38,587 nt of DNA, taken from the IMG/VR virus record IMGVR_UViG_3300029650_000167. One strand, written 5' to 3'. Positions within the stretch are counted from its first letter, which is position 1. Each line of letters begins with the position of its first letter. Source of the stretch: a virus (lineage: Duplodnaviria > Heunggongvirae > Uroviricota > Caudoviricetes). This document shows, one piece after another, positions 7,462 to 18,678 of the stretch. Under the pieces are notes generated by a model that searched no databases, was not told the DNA's origin, and saw nothing but the letters and a program-made list of their open reading frames with translations. The translations under genes and the position numbers were made by a program.

Positions 7462-9936
7462 TTATTGCGGAGTGACATCCTGAGGTCGCCACCAGTATGT
7501 CTGGTTAAACTCTTTCTTCGAACGTTGCTCCATTTTACGCAAATAGCCTGGTGAAAAATACTCCTGCATCTGATTAAAGATCATGTGATCGAGAGCCGCC
7601 TTCAAGTACCAGAGATTCGCACCTGGCATCAAACCTTTCCCCAGCTTCACCAGATCACCACCAGTCTGCTCACTCTTCCCTTCCACAGCATTTAGCGGTA
7701 TGCCCTGAGCTATCTTCACTACGTCATCAACCAGACCAGCTACCGGGCCAAGCATCGACGCCAGCGCGCCGCTCCCGTACCTAGTGTGATCTGACAATAA
7801 AAAGTCACCGTAAAGGCCAAGACCACCACCTTTCAGTAGAGCACCAAGCCAAAATTTAGCAGCATCTTCTCCTGTCATCTCTCGAGGATTACGACCAGAC
7901 GCAAGGTCGTTAAGTTGTTGCGACAAAGCGCCAAGAATGGTCGTACTGGCAATAAACGTCGCAATATATGCCGCACGCCCACCAGCAGACGGCATACCCA
8001 TAGCGCGTGACCAGTGACGCATAACAACCGAGATAGGGAACGATTTAAACAGGAAAACACTTCTCGTTAATTCACCTTTCCATGTTCCACGCTGAATACC
8101 AGAACCGGTTATCAGTTGCTCACGTGCTCCCGGTGTAATAACAGCCATATCAACTTCTTCAGTTACGGCACCGAGCAGTTTACGCATTGCCTCAAATTTC
8201 ACGCGTTCAGGCTCACCAAGATGTTTAACTGCTGAATCAGGGATACGCATAATGCTTTCCGGTGTCAGCATCGTATTATTACCGTTCCCCCAGTCCTCCT
8301 GTTGCGCCAACTTCCATACGCTCCAGTCTGTGTCAGTAATCCCTTTGCTTTTCAGGATACGAAAATCAGAGTCATCGAGGCGACGAAGGTCTGGTGTCCG
8401 TGACACTACTTCTCCCAGGCTTCCCATCATGGTTACGCCATAGGCGCGCTTGTGCGCATCTGACCATGCTGTAAGCCCACTGGCACGCATTACCGCCGTT
8501 GCAGCCCAACGAGACACAGACGGCCCCATATTATCCATCGCCCAGCGGTTAACGCTGCCAAGTAGAGATTCCATCGCCAGACCAGCGCGGCGCGCCCGCG
8601 CAAGTTCTGTACGGTTCGTTGGGTCCATAGCTTCAAGCTGGTTGCGGAATAACTGGTTCATTGGAAGGTTGGTAACCTTCGCAGACAGATACATGGTTCC
8701 AAGATCAGAGAACGATGACAGCAACGCGGATCCGAGTCTGCTGGCAACCAGCCAGTTGCGGATATTGTCAGACCATCGCGCGATGTGCGGATTCGCTACA
8801 GGCTGTGTCTTTCCGGAAATAAAGTTGTACAGATTCTCTGTGTTGTTCGCCAGCCGCTCGACTTTACCGGTTTTACTCGGGTTAGCTGTTGCCGTTTCTG
8901 CCTTCACCTGATCAAGAAGAGAGCGGAAAACATGATCGGGGTTTGGACCATATGTTTCCACCAGTGCAATATCTTTACTGATACCTTCCAGGTGACCGAC
9001 CATGATTTCCCATAGAGAGCGATCGCCATAAAGTTGCTGATATTGCAGATAGGAATCTGCATCTTTGAAATGTATCTGTCGTGATGCATTACCACGGTTA
9101 GCACGTGCGCCGGAAATTCGCATTCCGGTATCAGTAAGCTTATTCAGCCCACCAGTAGCGATCGTGTTATAAGCCTCTCCAAGAAATGCAGACAACTCGG
9201 CATCGTTCATCAGTTGTCCATCGGCTCGGGTATAATATTTGCGATCCAGCTTACCTATAACATCGCTAACCCATTTATCTTTTGATACCGCCCCAACCTT
9301 TTCCATAGAATGATGTTGAGGGATCCCCCAGTTTTCGAGATAGCCAATGTCCCCACCAGCATCATTAAACCGGCGGCGCAGTAGCTCTGTCACTTCTCTC
9401 CACGCCTTAGCACCTTTTCTTGCTTTAGCATTGCCAGTATTTTGCCCCCGCATTTCATATACCAGGTCACGTACGCCAGCTTCATCTTCAAACAGACCAA
9501 AAAAGCGAGGATCAACTGCTTCGAATGCCTCCTGCAATTGACTCAATGCATAATCACGGGTGGCTTTTGTTCTGGATTCAACAGAGAGGAAATTCGATTT
9601 ACCGTCTGCATTAAAAGCAATAGTACGGTTAAGAGCGCCAAGTTTCCCATCAGCCCCTTGATAGCTATTGATAAATTTATCCAATCTCTGACGTGCGGCT
9701 ATAGTGAGGGCCACACGACGTTTCTTTAATGCCGCTTCTCGCTGTAATTCTTCAGATGCCAATTGTGCTGCACGATACAGCCGCTCTGATTCGGAAAGTT
9801 GTCGCCACGACATCGGGTCATCACGAGCAATGGAGCGCATATTTCGATAAATGCGGTCTTCAATGTTCTGTATTTCTCGCGCCGTTAACGTGCGCTGCGC
9901 CGCCTGCTGGACCGCTTGTATACATTCCTGTCTCAT
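7462..9936 (-). CDS. internal virion / ejection protein (large)
   Basis: 824 aa, last large gene of the core series before the moron island; assignment by size and synteny with T7 gp16-like proteins, no motif recognised. Confidence 0.5.
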   Translation of the reverse strand: MRQECIQAVQQAAQRTLTAREIQNIEDRIYRNMRSIARDDPMSWRQLSESERLYRAAQLASEELQREAALKKRRVALTIAARQRLDKFINSYQGADGKLGALNRTIAFNADGKSNFLSVESRTKATRDYALSQLQEAFEAVDPRFFGLFEDEAGVRDLVYEMRGQNTGNAKARKGAKAWREVTELLRRRFNDAGGDIGYLENWGIPQHHSMEKVGAVSKDKWVSDVIGKLDRKYYTRADGQLMNDAELSAFLGEAYNTIATGGLNKLTDTGMRISGARANRGNASRQIHFKDADSYLQYQQLYGDRSLWEIMVGHLEGISKDIALVETYGPNPDHVFRSLLDQVKAETATANPSKTGKVERLANNTENLYNFISGKTQPVANPHIARWSDNIRNWLVASRLGSALLSSFSDLGTMYLSAKVTNLPMNQLFRNQLEAMDPTNRTELARARRAGLAMESLLGSVNRWAMDNMGPSVSRWAATAVMRASGLTAWSDAHKRAYGVTMMGSLGEVVSRTPDLRRLDDSDFRILKSKGITDTDWSVWKLAQQEDWGNGNNTMLTPESIMRIPDSAVKHLGEPERVKFEAMRKLLGAVTEEVDMAVITPGAREQLITGSGIQRGTWKGELTRSVFLFKSFPISVVMRHWSRAMGMPSAGGRAAYIATFIASTTILGALSQQLNDLASGRNPREMTGEDAAKFWLGALLKGGGLGLYGDFLLSDHTRYGSGALASMLGPVAGLVDDVVKIAQGIPLNAVEGKSEQTGGDLVKLGKGLMPGANLWYLKAALDHMIFNQMQEYFSPGYLRKMEQRSKKEFNQTYWWRPQDVTPQ

Positions 9937-9941
9937 TTAAT

Positions 9942-11744
9942 TTAACCTCTCAAGAAACACGCCACAGCAACATCAAACAGGCTGGAATCCTGTATTGCCT
10001 GCTCACTTTCCCTGTTCGCTTCATCCAGTACTTCACGCGCACTGCGCGATTGTGGATTACCATCATCATCCAGCACGGTGATTATCATGTCAGGTGATTC
10101 AAGCAGCGAGTCTTCAGCTATACGCAGATCAATATCTCCTGCCGGATCTGCCATCATTTTTTGTTCTGTCTGTTGCAATATCTTACCGGGCTCAAAAGGA
10201 GCTACTTCTTCTGGCGTCCTGACCTCTGCTGTTTTATAGAATGAAACAGCCTGAGCATTAAGTTCACTTTCTGCCTGCTGTCGTCGTGCCAGTTCTGCTC
10301 GAGCTTCAAAAAACTGACCTCCAGGCTCGTGCGGCGCCAACGCGTTACGAGAAAATTCCAGGCGTTCTTGTGCCTGCCGGATTCGTTGGTCAATATCGCG
10401 AAGTCTGGCCTGTTTATCTGATCGAGCACGAGATAAAGCCTTACCGCTACCGGTTGGCTCTTCTGCAAGAATTTGTGCGCGCTGTTCAGTGAGATTTTCA
10501 ATAATTCGTTGGCTATTAGCGATTTCAGACTGGTAAACCTTTCTATCGCCACGCGACAAAAGCTGCGCGGCCTGTTCTTCAAGCAACCGATTTTCTATAG
10601 CGCGCGCCGTTACTCCATCATCTACAGATGACAGAGCCTCATTAACTGCCTGAGACAGCAGACTCTTGCGCCCAGGAATTTCACTGAAAGATGCAGACTC
10701 AACAATGCTGGCAACGTCTACAGGTCTCCCCTGGCTAACATCAGACATGGCTTTTCGCAGAGCCTGAATGTGCGAATTACGCGAAAGCACGTTGATCGGA
10801 ACGCCGGGAGCAATATCAATTTCAGCATGATGAGCGGCATTCGCCGCCAGTGCAGCATCAATATCAACTGGTGAAAAATTTGGTGCGCTTGTAGACTCGC
10901 CGCGAGAGTTAATAAATCTGCCGACACCACCAAACGCCACCCCAAGAACAGCATCAATAGCAATTGCCTGTCGATCCAACACATCATACTGGTTAGCCAT
11001 TTCGCTATAGCCACCATCACGAAGCGTTTTTGCAGTAAGCCCACGCTGTGCCATACCGAACGCAATATTTGTACCTGCGGCATAGGCAATATCTGGCGTT
11101 GCACGTACTGCTGTTGCTGCGGCGCGTCGCACTGAACTTTCACCCGTCCGCGCAAGCTGAGCCGCCACACCTTCCGCCAGCGCACCACCAGCACGTAACC
11201 CGAGGCTCATAGGGATCAGTGTTCCGGCACCAGCAGTAATACCCTGCACTAATCCCGCTTCCTGCGCCGTCCTGAAATCAACACCCTGTGCTGTCAACCG
11301 TTCAAACTCAGAAAAACCCTGTAGAGAAGTTACCGCCGCAGCACCTCCGACCGGACCACCGAGCGTTGTACCGACAACAGCCTGCCCGCCCATATCGAAC
11401 AACCCATAAAGGACCTGCCCGGCGGTTCCGGTTGTCGCGGCATCAGGCGTCAGCCGCTTAACCTGCTGCTCTGCTAGTTTTCTCTGCTCAGCAATGTATG
11501 AAACTGAAGTGTCATTGAGCGAGGTGTTTTCGTTAACAAGCTGAGCAATCGGGGATACGATTTTATCCATCCCTGCCCATAGCAACTGATCTGGCTTTGC
11601 CACCAGCCCGGAGTACAAACCAGACAATGCCGCTCCTACAGCATTGTCGAAAAAACCAACATCGCTGTTAAAGCCAACTGGATTTGATGCTGCTTCGTCA
11701 AGCTGCTGATTCTGGTTTACTGGATTAAGGCCAAAGTAACTCAT
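9942..11744 (-). CDS. internal virion / ejection protein
   Basis: 600 aa, Gly/Ala-rich N-terminal half and coiled-coil C-terminal half; synteny-based. Confidence 0.45.
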   Translation of the reverse strand: MSYFGLNPVNQNQQLDEAASNPVGFNSDVGFFDNAVGAALSGLYSGLVAKPDQLLWAGMDKIVSPIAQLVNENTSLNDTSVSYIAEQRKLAEQQVKRLTPDAATTGTAGQVLYGLFDMGGQAVVGTTLGGPVGGAAAVTSLQGFSEFERLTAQGVDFRTAQEAGLVQGITAGAGTLIPMSLGLRAGGALAEGVAAQLARTGESSVRRAAATAVRATPDIAYAAGTNIAFGMAQRGLTAKTLRDGGYSEMANQYDVLDRQAIAIDAVLGVAFGGVGRFINSRGESTSAPNFSPVDIDAALAANAAHHAEIDIAPGVPINVLSRNSHIQALRKAMSDVSQGRPVDVASIVESASFSEIPGRKSLLSQAVNEALSSVDDGVTARAIENRLLEEQAAQLLSRGDRKVYQSEIANSQRIIENLTEQRAQILAEEPTGSGKALSRARSDKQARLRDIDQRIRQAQERLEFSRNALAPHEPGGQFFEARAELARRQQAESELNAQAVSFYKTAEVRTPEEVAPFEPGKILQQTEQKMMADPAGDIDLRIAEDSLLESPDMIITVLDDDGNPQSRSAREVLDEANRESEQAIQDSSLFDVAVACFLRG

Positions 11745-14254
11745 TGCGGAATATCTCCGGAGAATCTCTGACGCTTCTGTGTCAGATCAAGAACAACGGG
11801 AGAACCATCATCTTTTAGCAGATAACCAGTACCAAGTTTCACCAGGTACTGACTATCGCCGTAACTTTGCAAACCATACTGACCAGGCGGTGTTTTTATC
11901 CCTGTGCCAACAACTTGTTCATTCCAAGCCTGATTAACCTGCTTATCGAATTGCTCTGCAGACATTCCCCACGGCAAAAGAACATTCCCCATTCCGTTAT
12001 AGTCATGCACGCCACCTGTAGCTACGTTAACAGCCTGTTTCCAGATATCATTGTCAATTTCGCCTGATACCACGCCTTTTTTCGCCATCACACCAGCGTA
12101 ATAGTCCTTTGCGATCTCGTATGCCATTGATGCCCCCTGAGCATCACCAGCAAATGCATTCTTCACCATGTCAGAAAACTCAAGGCGAAGATCAGCATCT
12201 TTAGGCATCGGAATACCTTTCGCGTCATCAGTACCTTTACGAGCCGCCGCGCCAGCAAGAATTGTCTGCGCAGCGGTTTCTGGAGACACGGAAACATCCG
12301 GATTAAACCAGTTTTTTTCTGCCAAAATACCACCTGGCTTATCCATCAGTATCCCGGCAACGGCAGCAGATGGAGCGTTGGCACTGATCTGCTGTAGTGC
12401 TGACATATACACCTGCCCACCACCAGTGCTCTGCCTGATGGTATCGAGATATGCTGCCTGTTGGGAAACGGGCGCATCACGAAAGAAAACACCGATCTGA
12501 TTGGCCTCGTCTTTGGAAAAGAACGTCAGTGGAGTGCCATATGACTTAGCAAGGTCACTGACCTGAGCAGCACGCAAGGCAACGCTCTGTCCAAAGTTAT
12601 CCTTATTGCTCATGTCGATAGGCTTTGCCTGTCCGGCGGCAAGAGAGAACTGTACAGGATCAGCCTGTCGCTGCTTTATCACCTGACTTGCAGCCGACAC
12701 AACGTTGTCATAAAGAGCGGCTCGTGCCGCATAACCCTCCCCTGTCTCACCAGTATCCGGGCGTAATTGCTCAACATATGCTGTAATGCTGCTTGTCGGC
12801 ATGTTGCGGAAAGAGCCTATATACTGTCCGGCGATTTGCGTATTTCTGAACTCGGTATATCGCAGGTTTCCTTCTCTTACTCCATAAGCTGCAATAAAAT
12901 CAGCCTCACCAGGTGGGTTAGGAAATTCAACGCCACGCATATACGCAGCTGTCGCATCGCGAACCTGGCTGTCAATCATCGTTTTATATTCAGCCTGCTG
13001 CTGCCGACGCAGTTGATCCGCCTGTCGCATAAAACTTGCCTGCGCCTCAGGAGATGCCGCATCGAATGCTGCATTACCGGTATAGCGTTTGGTGTTGGTT
13101 GGAATTGTTGATAAACCAAGTGCTGCACTGACACCAGCAGTTAACTGCTGATCACTGTATGGCTGGCTACCGTTCTCATGATGGATAATGGCTGCACAAA
13201 GCGCCTTCAGGGTATCAGGATTAGATGCATCGAGAGGCTCATCAGCAGAAACGCCAAGTTGTTCGCACACTGCTTTGATATACGACATAGTGTCATTTTT
13301 ATCAGCAGGCGGTGCCCAGCGATTAATTATCTCGCTGACGGTATCAATACCCTGCCTCTGATACGACATCAGGTTCCGCCCTAATGCACGAATCCCGTGT
13401 TCAGGTGTTTCGAATTTAGCAAATCGACCATCATCACCGGTCTGGCCTACCCACGGATTAGTTTTGCTGTATTCGAGATTTCCTGGGTTATTGTTGCGTA
13501 TGCCACGGGCACGCTCGGAAGAGTCACTATCTGCTACAGCACGGCGAGCTCCAGCAGCAGTATCACTTAACTCGCCATTACTTTGGATGAATGCGGTCGC
13601 ATTGTTTGCCGACCACTGGGACAATGCGGCATCAGCAACCTTCTCTTTAAACTCGATTTTCTTGGCCTGGATTTGCTCGTCGCTCCAGCCATGCGCAATG
13701 CCGTAATCCTCAATTTGCTGGAAAGTTTGCTTATTAGCCAATACGTATGCGGCGTTGTCGCCATACAATGCTGCGGCATTTTTACCATTGTTCAGCAGCG
13801 TCGCCTGAAACTGGCCTTCTTCGTAGGCATTTATTTGCCCTATCTCGTGCCGCCCGGCCTGCGTAGTGAACTGAATGCGCTGCTGCTGCGCCTGCTGCAT
13901 GAAAGCATTACGAGCCTGTTCATCCGGCAGCGACATAGCCAATTGTTCGACCTGAGCATCAAACTGCTGCGTATACTCATGGCCTTTTCCAATAGCATTT
14001 TTCCCTTTCAGGTTAAGCAATCCTGTTTCAGGATTATTCAGCAAATCACTGCTTATCTGACTGAGGTTAAGAGATGCCTCCTGAGCCAAGGCAATATTGA
14101 CACGCTGTTTTGCCTGCCCAAAAACATCAATTGCCTCTTCCCCTGCCAGAACAAAAGCATCACCAATACCTGGCTGAGAAAACGTCTGCAAGCCTGCTGA
14201 CTGAACTCCACGGCTCTCAACCTGACGTCCGGATACTGTTGGTACGACTGGCAT
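11741..14254 (-). CDS. internal virion protein (T7 gp15-like by position)
   Basis: About 837 aa from ATG at 14254, which overlaps the upstream stop as TAATG with SD GGAGG; the track ORF starts further upstream at 14329. Confidence 0.45.
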   Translation of the reverse strand: MPVVPTVSGRQVESRGVQSAGLQTFSQPGIGDAFVLAGEEAIDVFGQAKQRVNIALAQEASLNLSQISSDLLNNPETGLLNLKGKNAIGKGHEYTQQFDAQVEQLAMSLPDEQARNAFMQQAQQQRIQFTTQAGRHEIGQINAYEEGQFQATLLNNGKNAAALYGDNAAYVLANKQTFQQIEDYGIAHGWSDEQIQAKKIEFKEKVADAALSQWSANNATAFIQSNGELSDTAAGARRAVADSDSSERARGIRNNNPGNLEYSKTNPWVGQTGDDGRFAKFETPEHGIRALGRNLMSYQRQGIDTVSEIINRWAPPADKNDTMSYIKAVCEQLGVSADEPLDASNPDTLKALCAAIIHHENGSQPYSDQQLTAGVSAALGLSTIPTNTKRYTGNAAFDAASPEAQASFMRQADQLRRQQQAEYKTMIDSQVRDATAAYMRGVEFPNPPGEADFIAAYGVREGNLRYTEFRNTQIAGQYIGSFRNMPTSSITAYVEQLRPDTGETGEGYAARAALYDNVVSAASQVIKQRQADPVQFSLAAGQAKPIDMSNKDNFGQSVALRAAQVSDLAKSYGTPLTFFSKDEANQIGVFFRDAPVSQQAAYLDTIRQSTGGGQVYMSALQQISANAPSAAVAGILMDKPGGILAEKNWFNPDVSVSPETAAQTILAGAAARKGTDDAKGIPMPKDADLRLEFSDMVKNAFAGDAQGASMAYEIAKDYYAGVMAKKGVVSGEIDNDIWKQAVNVATGGVHDYNGMGNVLLPWGMSAEQFDKQVNQAWNEQVVGTGIKTPPGQYGLQSYGDSQYLVKLGTGYLLKDDGSPVVLDLTQKRQRFSGDIPQ

Positions 14255-14799
14255 TATAATCCTCCGGGTAATCTGGTTCCTGCTGCTGCCCCGATTGGCG
14301 CAGGAGTGCTTTGAGTAAACGGACTCCACGTCCCACCAAACATCTGGTACGCACCGTATGCCTTCAGAGGCGCAGTGAGCAATGTTGTTGCTGCTCCCAC
14401 ATTCCCCTGTTTACGGGCTGAACTGGCTTCTGCTTTATAGTTAGCAGCCTGCATCTGATAACCGTAAGCCTCGCGTTGCGCATTATTCACCGTCGTCAGA
14501 GAATCAAGAGCGCCAAACTGAGCTGTGTCGCCAAATATATCCAGCGCGTTACCGGTAGATAAATCGGCGCCGGTCGCCCCCATTGTCGCCGCCTGTGTAC
14601 CAAGCCGCTGTCGGGTCTCTCTGCGCCGTTGCTCAGCTTCAGCGTTACCTCTGTTTATTGCATCATTTGCCTGAGCTGTGGCTATATCTGCGTTCGCTTC
14701 TGCAACCTTCGAGGCATACTTTCCCTGTTGGTACTGGGTGTATGCCTGAATGCCACTCATGGCGAGCATTGCGCCACCAGCAATAACCGGATCGCACAT
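14254..14799 (-). CDS. internal virion protein (T7 gp14-like by position)
   Basis: 181 aa, Ala/Gln-rich; TAATG coupling to both neighbours. Confidence 0.4.
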   Translation of the reverse strand: MCDPVIAGGAMLAMSGIQAYTQYQQGKYASKVAEANADIATAQANDAINRGNAEAEQRRRETRQRLGTQAATMGATGADLSTGNALDIFGDTAQFGALDSLTTVNNAQREAYGYQMQAANYKAEASSARKQGNVGAATTLLTAPLKAYGAYQMFGGTWSPFTQSTPAPIGAAAGTRLPGGL

Positions 14800-15263
14800 T
14801 ATTTTCTCTCCATGTGAAATCTGTGGAAATTAAGACCAAGAGCACCATAAGGCGCGGCTTCTTCAAGCCTGAATCCAAGCCAGTGCAGCCATGCTTTGGC
14901 AACATGGTTTCGCTCGTCGACATAGTTTTCCAGGCGCGGATAAACTGCCAGCATCTGCTGCAATACAGGGCGGCAGTGGCGAAGAAATGTCTTCTGATAT
15001 TTTTCGATACGGCTGGTTCCGACCAGCCAGGGCGTACCATTGCCACCGATCATTGACGCCGGAGATACGCCAAACATGGTTACCAGTTCTCCGTTCGCAA
15101 ATCCTGACCAGGCCATAGTCGCAGTACGCAGACCAACACGCAGCGCATCTTCGGTAGTCATCAGTGATACCGCATACAGTTCGTCAATATCAGCCTGACG
15201 AACATCCGGCAAAATCATCTGAAGATGCTCTTCGGTTGCGGGAATAATTTGAACATCGATCAT
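14799..15263 (-). CDS. virion protein (T7 gp13-like by position)
   Basis: 154 aa; start overlaps the upstream stop (TGATG). Confidence 0.4.
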   Translation of the reverse strand: MIDVQIIPATEEHLQMILPDVRQADIDELYAVSLMTTEDALRVGLRTATMAWSGFANGELVTMFGVSPASMIGGNGTPWLVGTSRIEKYQKTFLRHCRPVLQQMLAVYPRLENYVDERNHVAKAWLHWLGFRLEEAAPYGALGLNFHRFHMERK

Positions 15264-17734
15264 CAGAATCCCCCAACAGTAAGGCGAGGAATAACGGCAA
15301 GAACAGACAGCGGCAACGGATCAAGCTGACGGATTTTTACACGTCCGTTTTTGCCCCAGTTACTGTCCAGTTTCACTTCTACTTTTCCGGTAGCATCATC
15401 AACAGGATCATCGTAGAACTCGAATTCACGCTGTGGATATTCGTACCATTTACCGCCGGGCGTAGTCGCCCAGATGCCGCGACTGGCATTCACAACCAGA
15501 GTAACGGAGGGGATCACCTGTTTTTTGTCCAGCAGCGTTTCCTGTCCGTTAATGTTGATATCCAGTGTTTCGAATTCAGCAGTTATTGGCAGGCCGATGT
15601 GCACTACAGCCCCCGGAGATTCCAGCGTGACGGCACCTCTGGAAACCACTTTCTGTGGTTCCACGTTCGCATCAGAGAGAATGTTTACGGTCTGGCCTTC
15701 AAGATGAGACAGGCCTCCAAATGTCCGGCGCGCCATCTGCCAGTTCGTGGTGGCCACATTCCTGAGGGATGGCGGGACGTTCCTGTTAGCACGAACCACT
15801 ACAGCGGTATTGCTGGTTACAGAAATAATGTCGCAACGTAATTCTTTTGACACTTCATCGCCAGTATCAGGATCAGTTCCGGTATAAGGGAACTGTAGTT
15901 GCGCGCCGACATCACTACTGGTGAAGTACGCACCACCAGAAACACTGATTGTATATTCCGCACGGTAATCCCATTCACCAGAACCACCAGTGATGGTCAT
16001 CGTTCTGTCAGACGTATTTCTTCCATCATAGCTAAGGCCAGAATCAACAAAGAAAGCATCTTCATCGCTGGTAAATAAACGGCTGGACAGTCTCTCGATG
16101 TATCTCACTGTTTGCCCGTTAACGGTTCTGTTAACGACGAAATACACCGCATCTTCATTGCCTTCGCTGATACTGCATGTGCTTTCATATTTTCCGGTAC
16201 TGGATTGTGGTGCCCATGCAAAAACCTGCTGATCACGCAAATAGGTCATCACCAGTAATTTACCGTCATCACGAATGCAGAAGGCACTGGAGTAAGGGAC
16301 AATCGAGAAGCACCAGTCAACAATGCTGTGCTTCTGAAAAAGATGATTGGCAAGGATAGTAAGGTCGTTCCCCTGATAGCCGTCAACATCGAATGAATAG
16401 GCCAGATCACGGACAACACTGCCTTTCTCCTGGACGAACAGAGCAATATTCGCCACGGCAATTGGTGGGACGTTGCTTGAGCCATTTGATCCCTGAGAGC
16501 TGAATGCAAATGATGATGGGGTTAACACTTTGTTCTGGTCGCCGGTGATGACGTACTCACCTCCGGAAGTCAGCGCCACCAGCGAACCAACATCAATCAG
16601 GTGGCGGATCTCATTAACCTGACGCCCGGCATAGGTGTAGATAATTCTATCGTCATCCTGCGTAGGATTGCTTTTGCCAAAATCCTTATAATCCCCAGTA
16701 CGGCTGGCCCAGATAGTCTGAGGGAACGCAGTCGATGCGGCGAAGTAAAGACGCTGTTGATAATAAACAACAGTGCCAGGATAACCATTAACACTGTTCC
16801 AGGCATATTTAGCCCATTTATAGCTGGCATTATCCTCGCCAACGACCTGCGAAGGGATATAGGAAATCACCTCAGCAGTTGCAGTAGTGCCATTTACAGC
16901 AGTTATACGGGCAATGCCAAAACCACTGTGCAGATACTCCCACTCAATGCCAGTATCATCATCACCGGAGCCGCCCCAGCCATCCCATGATGTGCCTTCT
17001 GTATGCGAAGGGCGCAAAGTGCCTGTTTTGCCTGCTGTAACGGCGCGATAGTAGTTACTGTCTGCACGGCGAATATCGCCAATCGACGTACTCTTACTGG
17101 TTTCCCATACCGGTACTGAATCCACTGCTGGCTGTTCCAGATAGAACAATTTGCCTACCTGCTCCGCGCCAAAAATAGAGGCGCTTGCCGTTAACGTAAT
17201 TGTCCCGATGCTGGCGCTGGCATAAACCGTCACTGACTCGTCAATATTGATATCTTCAAATGGCCCGTTCTTCGTTACCACATCAACCAGTTGCCAGTTG
17301 TCATGCGCATAGCGGCGCAACTCTTTCGGCGGGTATGCCGGATGAACCAGCGTAAGCACGTCTGCGCTTTGCGTGAATTTAATTCTGAACAGATCGGCTT
17401 CAGTATATGGCGTGGCAATTTCATAAATAACATTGCTGCTGTTCAGCACCAACGCACCATCTTTGATAACGCGCATGTACTGGTGTCCGAACTCCAGAGC
17501 ATAAGTCTGAACCGTCGAGAACTGGAACGGGATCAGGCGGCATTTCCGATTTGGGTATTTGGCGGCACCGACAAAACGCGTACCAGGTCGATTCTCAACG
17601 CCGCCATACTGCCGCACGATAAAGTTATCGCACTTGCGCAATGCCACCTGGTACTTCGCCATGTCGATACGACCGTACAACGACGGTCCAATCTCACCAC
17701 CGGCAAAGCTGGGCTGGATCCAACTGATAGCCAT
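15263..17734 (-). CDS. tail tube/hub protein (T7 gp12-like by size and position)
   Basis: 823 aa; translationally coupled to both neighbours. Confidence 0.5.
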   Translation of the reverse strand: MAISWIQPSFAGGEIGPSLYGRIDMAKYQVALRKCDNFIVRQYGGVENRPGTRFVGAAKYPNRKCRLIPFQFSTVQTYALEFGHQYMRVIKDGALVLNSSNVIYEIATPYTEADLFRIKFTQSADVLTLVHPAYPPKELRRYAHDNWQLVDVVTKNGPFEDINIDESVTVYASASIGTITLTASASIFGAEQVGKLFYLEQPAVDSVPVWETSKSTSIGDIRRADSNYYRAVTAGKTGTLRPSHTEGTSWDGWGGSGDDDTGIEWEYLHSGFGIARITAVNGTTATAEVISYIPSQVVGEDNASYKWAKYAWNSVNGYPGTVVYYQQRLYFAASTAFPQTIWASRTGDYKDFGKSNPTQDDDRIIYTYAGRQVNEIRHLIDVGSLVALTSGGEYVITGDQNKVLTPSSFAFSSQGSNGSSNVPPIAVANIALFVQEKGSVVRDLAYSFDVDGYQGNDLTILANHLFQKHSIVDWCFSIVPYSSAFCIRDDGKLLVMTYLRDQQVFAWAPQSSTGKYESTCSISEGNEDAVYFVVNRTVNGQTVRYIERLSSRLFTSDEDAFFVDSGLSYDGRNTSDRTMTITGGSGEWDYRAEYTISVSGGAYFTSSDVGAQLQFPYTGTDPDTGDEVSKELRCDIISVTSNTAVVVRANRNVPPSLRNVATTNWQMARRTFGGLSHLEGQTVNILSDANVEPQKVVSRGAVTLESPGAVVHIGLPITAEFETLDININGQETLLDKKQVIPSVTLVVNASRGIWATTPGGKWYEYPQREFEFYDDPVDDATGKVEVKLDSNWGKNGRVKIRQLDPLPLSVLAVIPRLTVGGF

Positions 17735-18339
17735 CAGGACAACCTCGCAATGGTAAACTCGTCAACCGGTGGCTGTGGTTCCTGTGATTCATTCTGGCTA
17801 TGCGAGCCAGCACTAAGAATCACGCGATTGTACATATTGAGGGCAAACGTACCGAGGTCTGCATTCCCAGTCAGCGCCATGTTAATGGCTGCCGCAAGAC
17901 GCCAGGCCAACGCCTCCATAAAAATGGCATCAAACATGTTCACATCTGTAACGCGAGAGACATACTTGAGCCATGCCTGAGGCTGGTCTGTGTAGATCAA
18001 CTTTCCTGTTCCGTTGGTGTCTGCACCAACTTCGTACTGAACGCGCATTGCTGCTGTTGGATTGCGTACACCAGGAAGCATAATTTCAGTAATGCGCAGA
18101 CAATCTGACGGGTACTGGTACGCGTATTCCCAGTCAGGCGGTGGATTGCTCGTATCTGCAAGCGCCACGCGTTTGGTAGCAAAGTTCCAGTCAAAATCAG
18201 AAAGAACAGCATCACGGCAGGCCTCAAAGTGCAGCGAACATTCCCCCGCTTCCTTGCTGGCTTCCGTCAGGCTGTTAATGCTGCGGCTGTTGCCAATATT
18301 GGACAACGCACGATTGCAGATCTCTACTACAGAGGCCAT
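17734..18339 (-). CDS. tail adaptor / tail tubular protein A-like
   Basis: 201 aa immediately upstream of the 823-aa tail protein; synteny-based. Confidence 0.4.
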   Translation of the reverse strand: MASVVEICNRALSNIGNSRSINSLTEASKEAGECSLHFEACRDAVLSDFDWNFATKRVALADTSNPPPDWEYAYQYPSDCLRITEIMLPGVRNPTAAMRVQYEVGADTNGTGKLIYTDQPQAWLKYVSRVTDVNMFDAIFMEALAWRLAAAINMALTGNADLGTFALNMYNRVILSAGSHSQNESQEPQPPVDEFTIARLS

Positions 18340-18662
18340 TACTCCCCCCCATTGCCGTACAGAGTTTCAGCCGCTGATTTTTCTACATCCCCGGAAACAG
18401 GAGCGATCGCCATATCAGTGATCTGCAGATCGGCGCTGCGATTAACACCATCGTCAGTTTCTCTGGCAGACAGGCCTCGAATAACAGCCTTTGCAGTTAT
18501 CATCACTTCTGTTCCGACGCCCTGAGGTTGCGCCTTCAGCTTATTCAATGTGTCGTTATTAAGAGTGATGCACAGCCCCCACGGGTATTCATCGCGAGTT
18601 CTGGTTTCTCCGCTCTCATCCTGGTAGCTGTCAGTGCCGGTTTTAAGGTTTACGAGTTCCAT
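18339..18662 (-). CDS. hypothetical virion-associated protein
   Basis: About 107 aa from ATG 18662 with SD GGAG; follows an intergenic hairpin. Confidence 0.4.
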   Translation of the reverse strand: MELVNLKTGTDSYQDESGETRTRDEYPWGLCITLNNDTLNKLKAQPQGVGTEVMITAKAVIRGLSARETDDGVNRSADLQITDMAIAPVSGDVEKSAAETLYGNGGE

Positions 18663-18678
18663 ATACACTCCTGCAATA

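Noticed and set aside
11741-14254. Possible peptidoglycan-hydrolase motif (GIRNNNPGNL region) in the 837-aa internal virion protein
   Set aside because: I could not match it confidently to any catalytic signature from memory; would need a profile search before making the claim.
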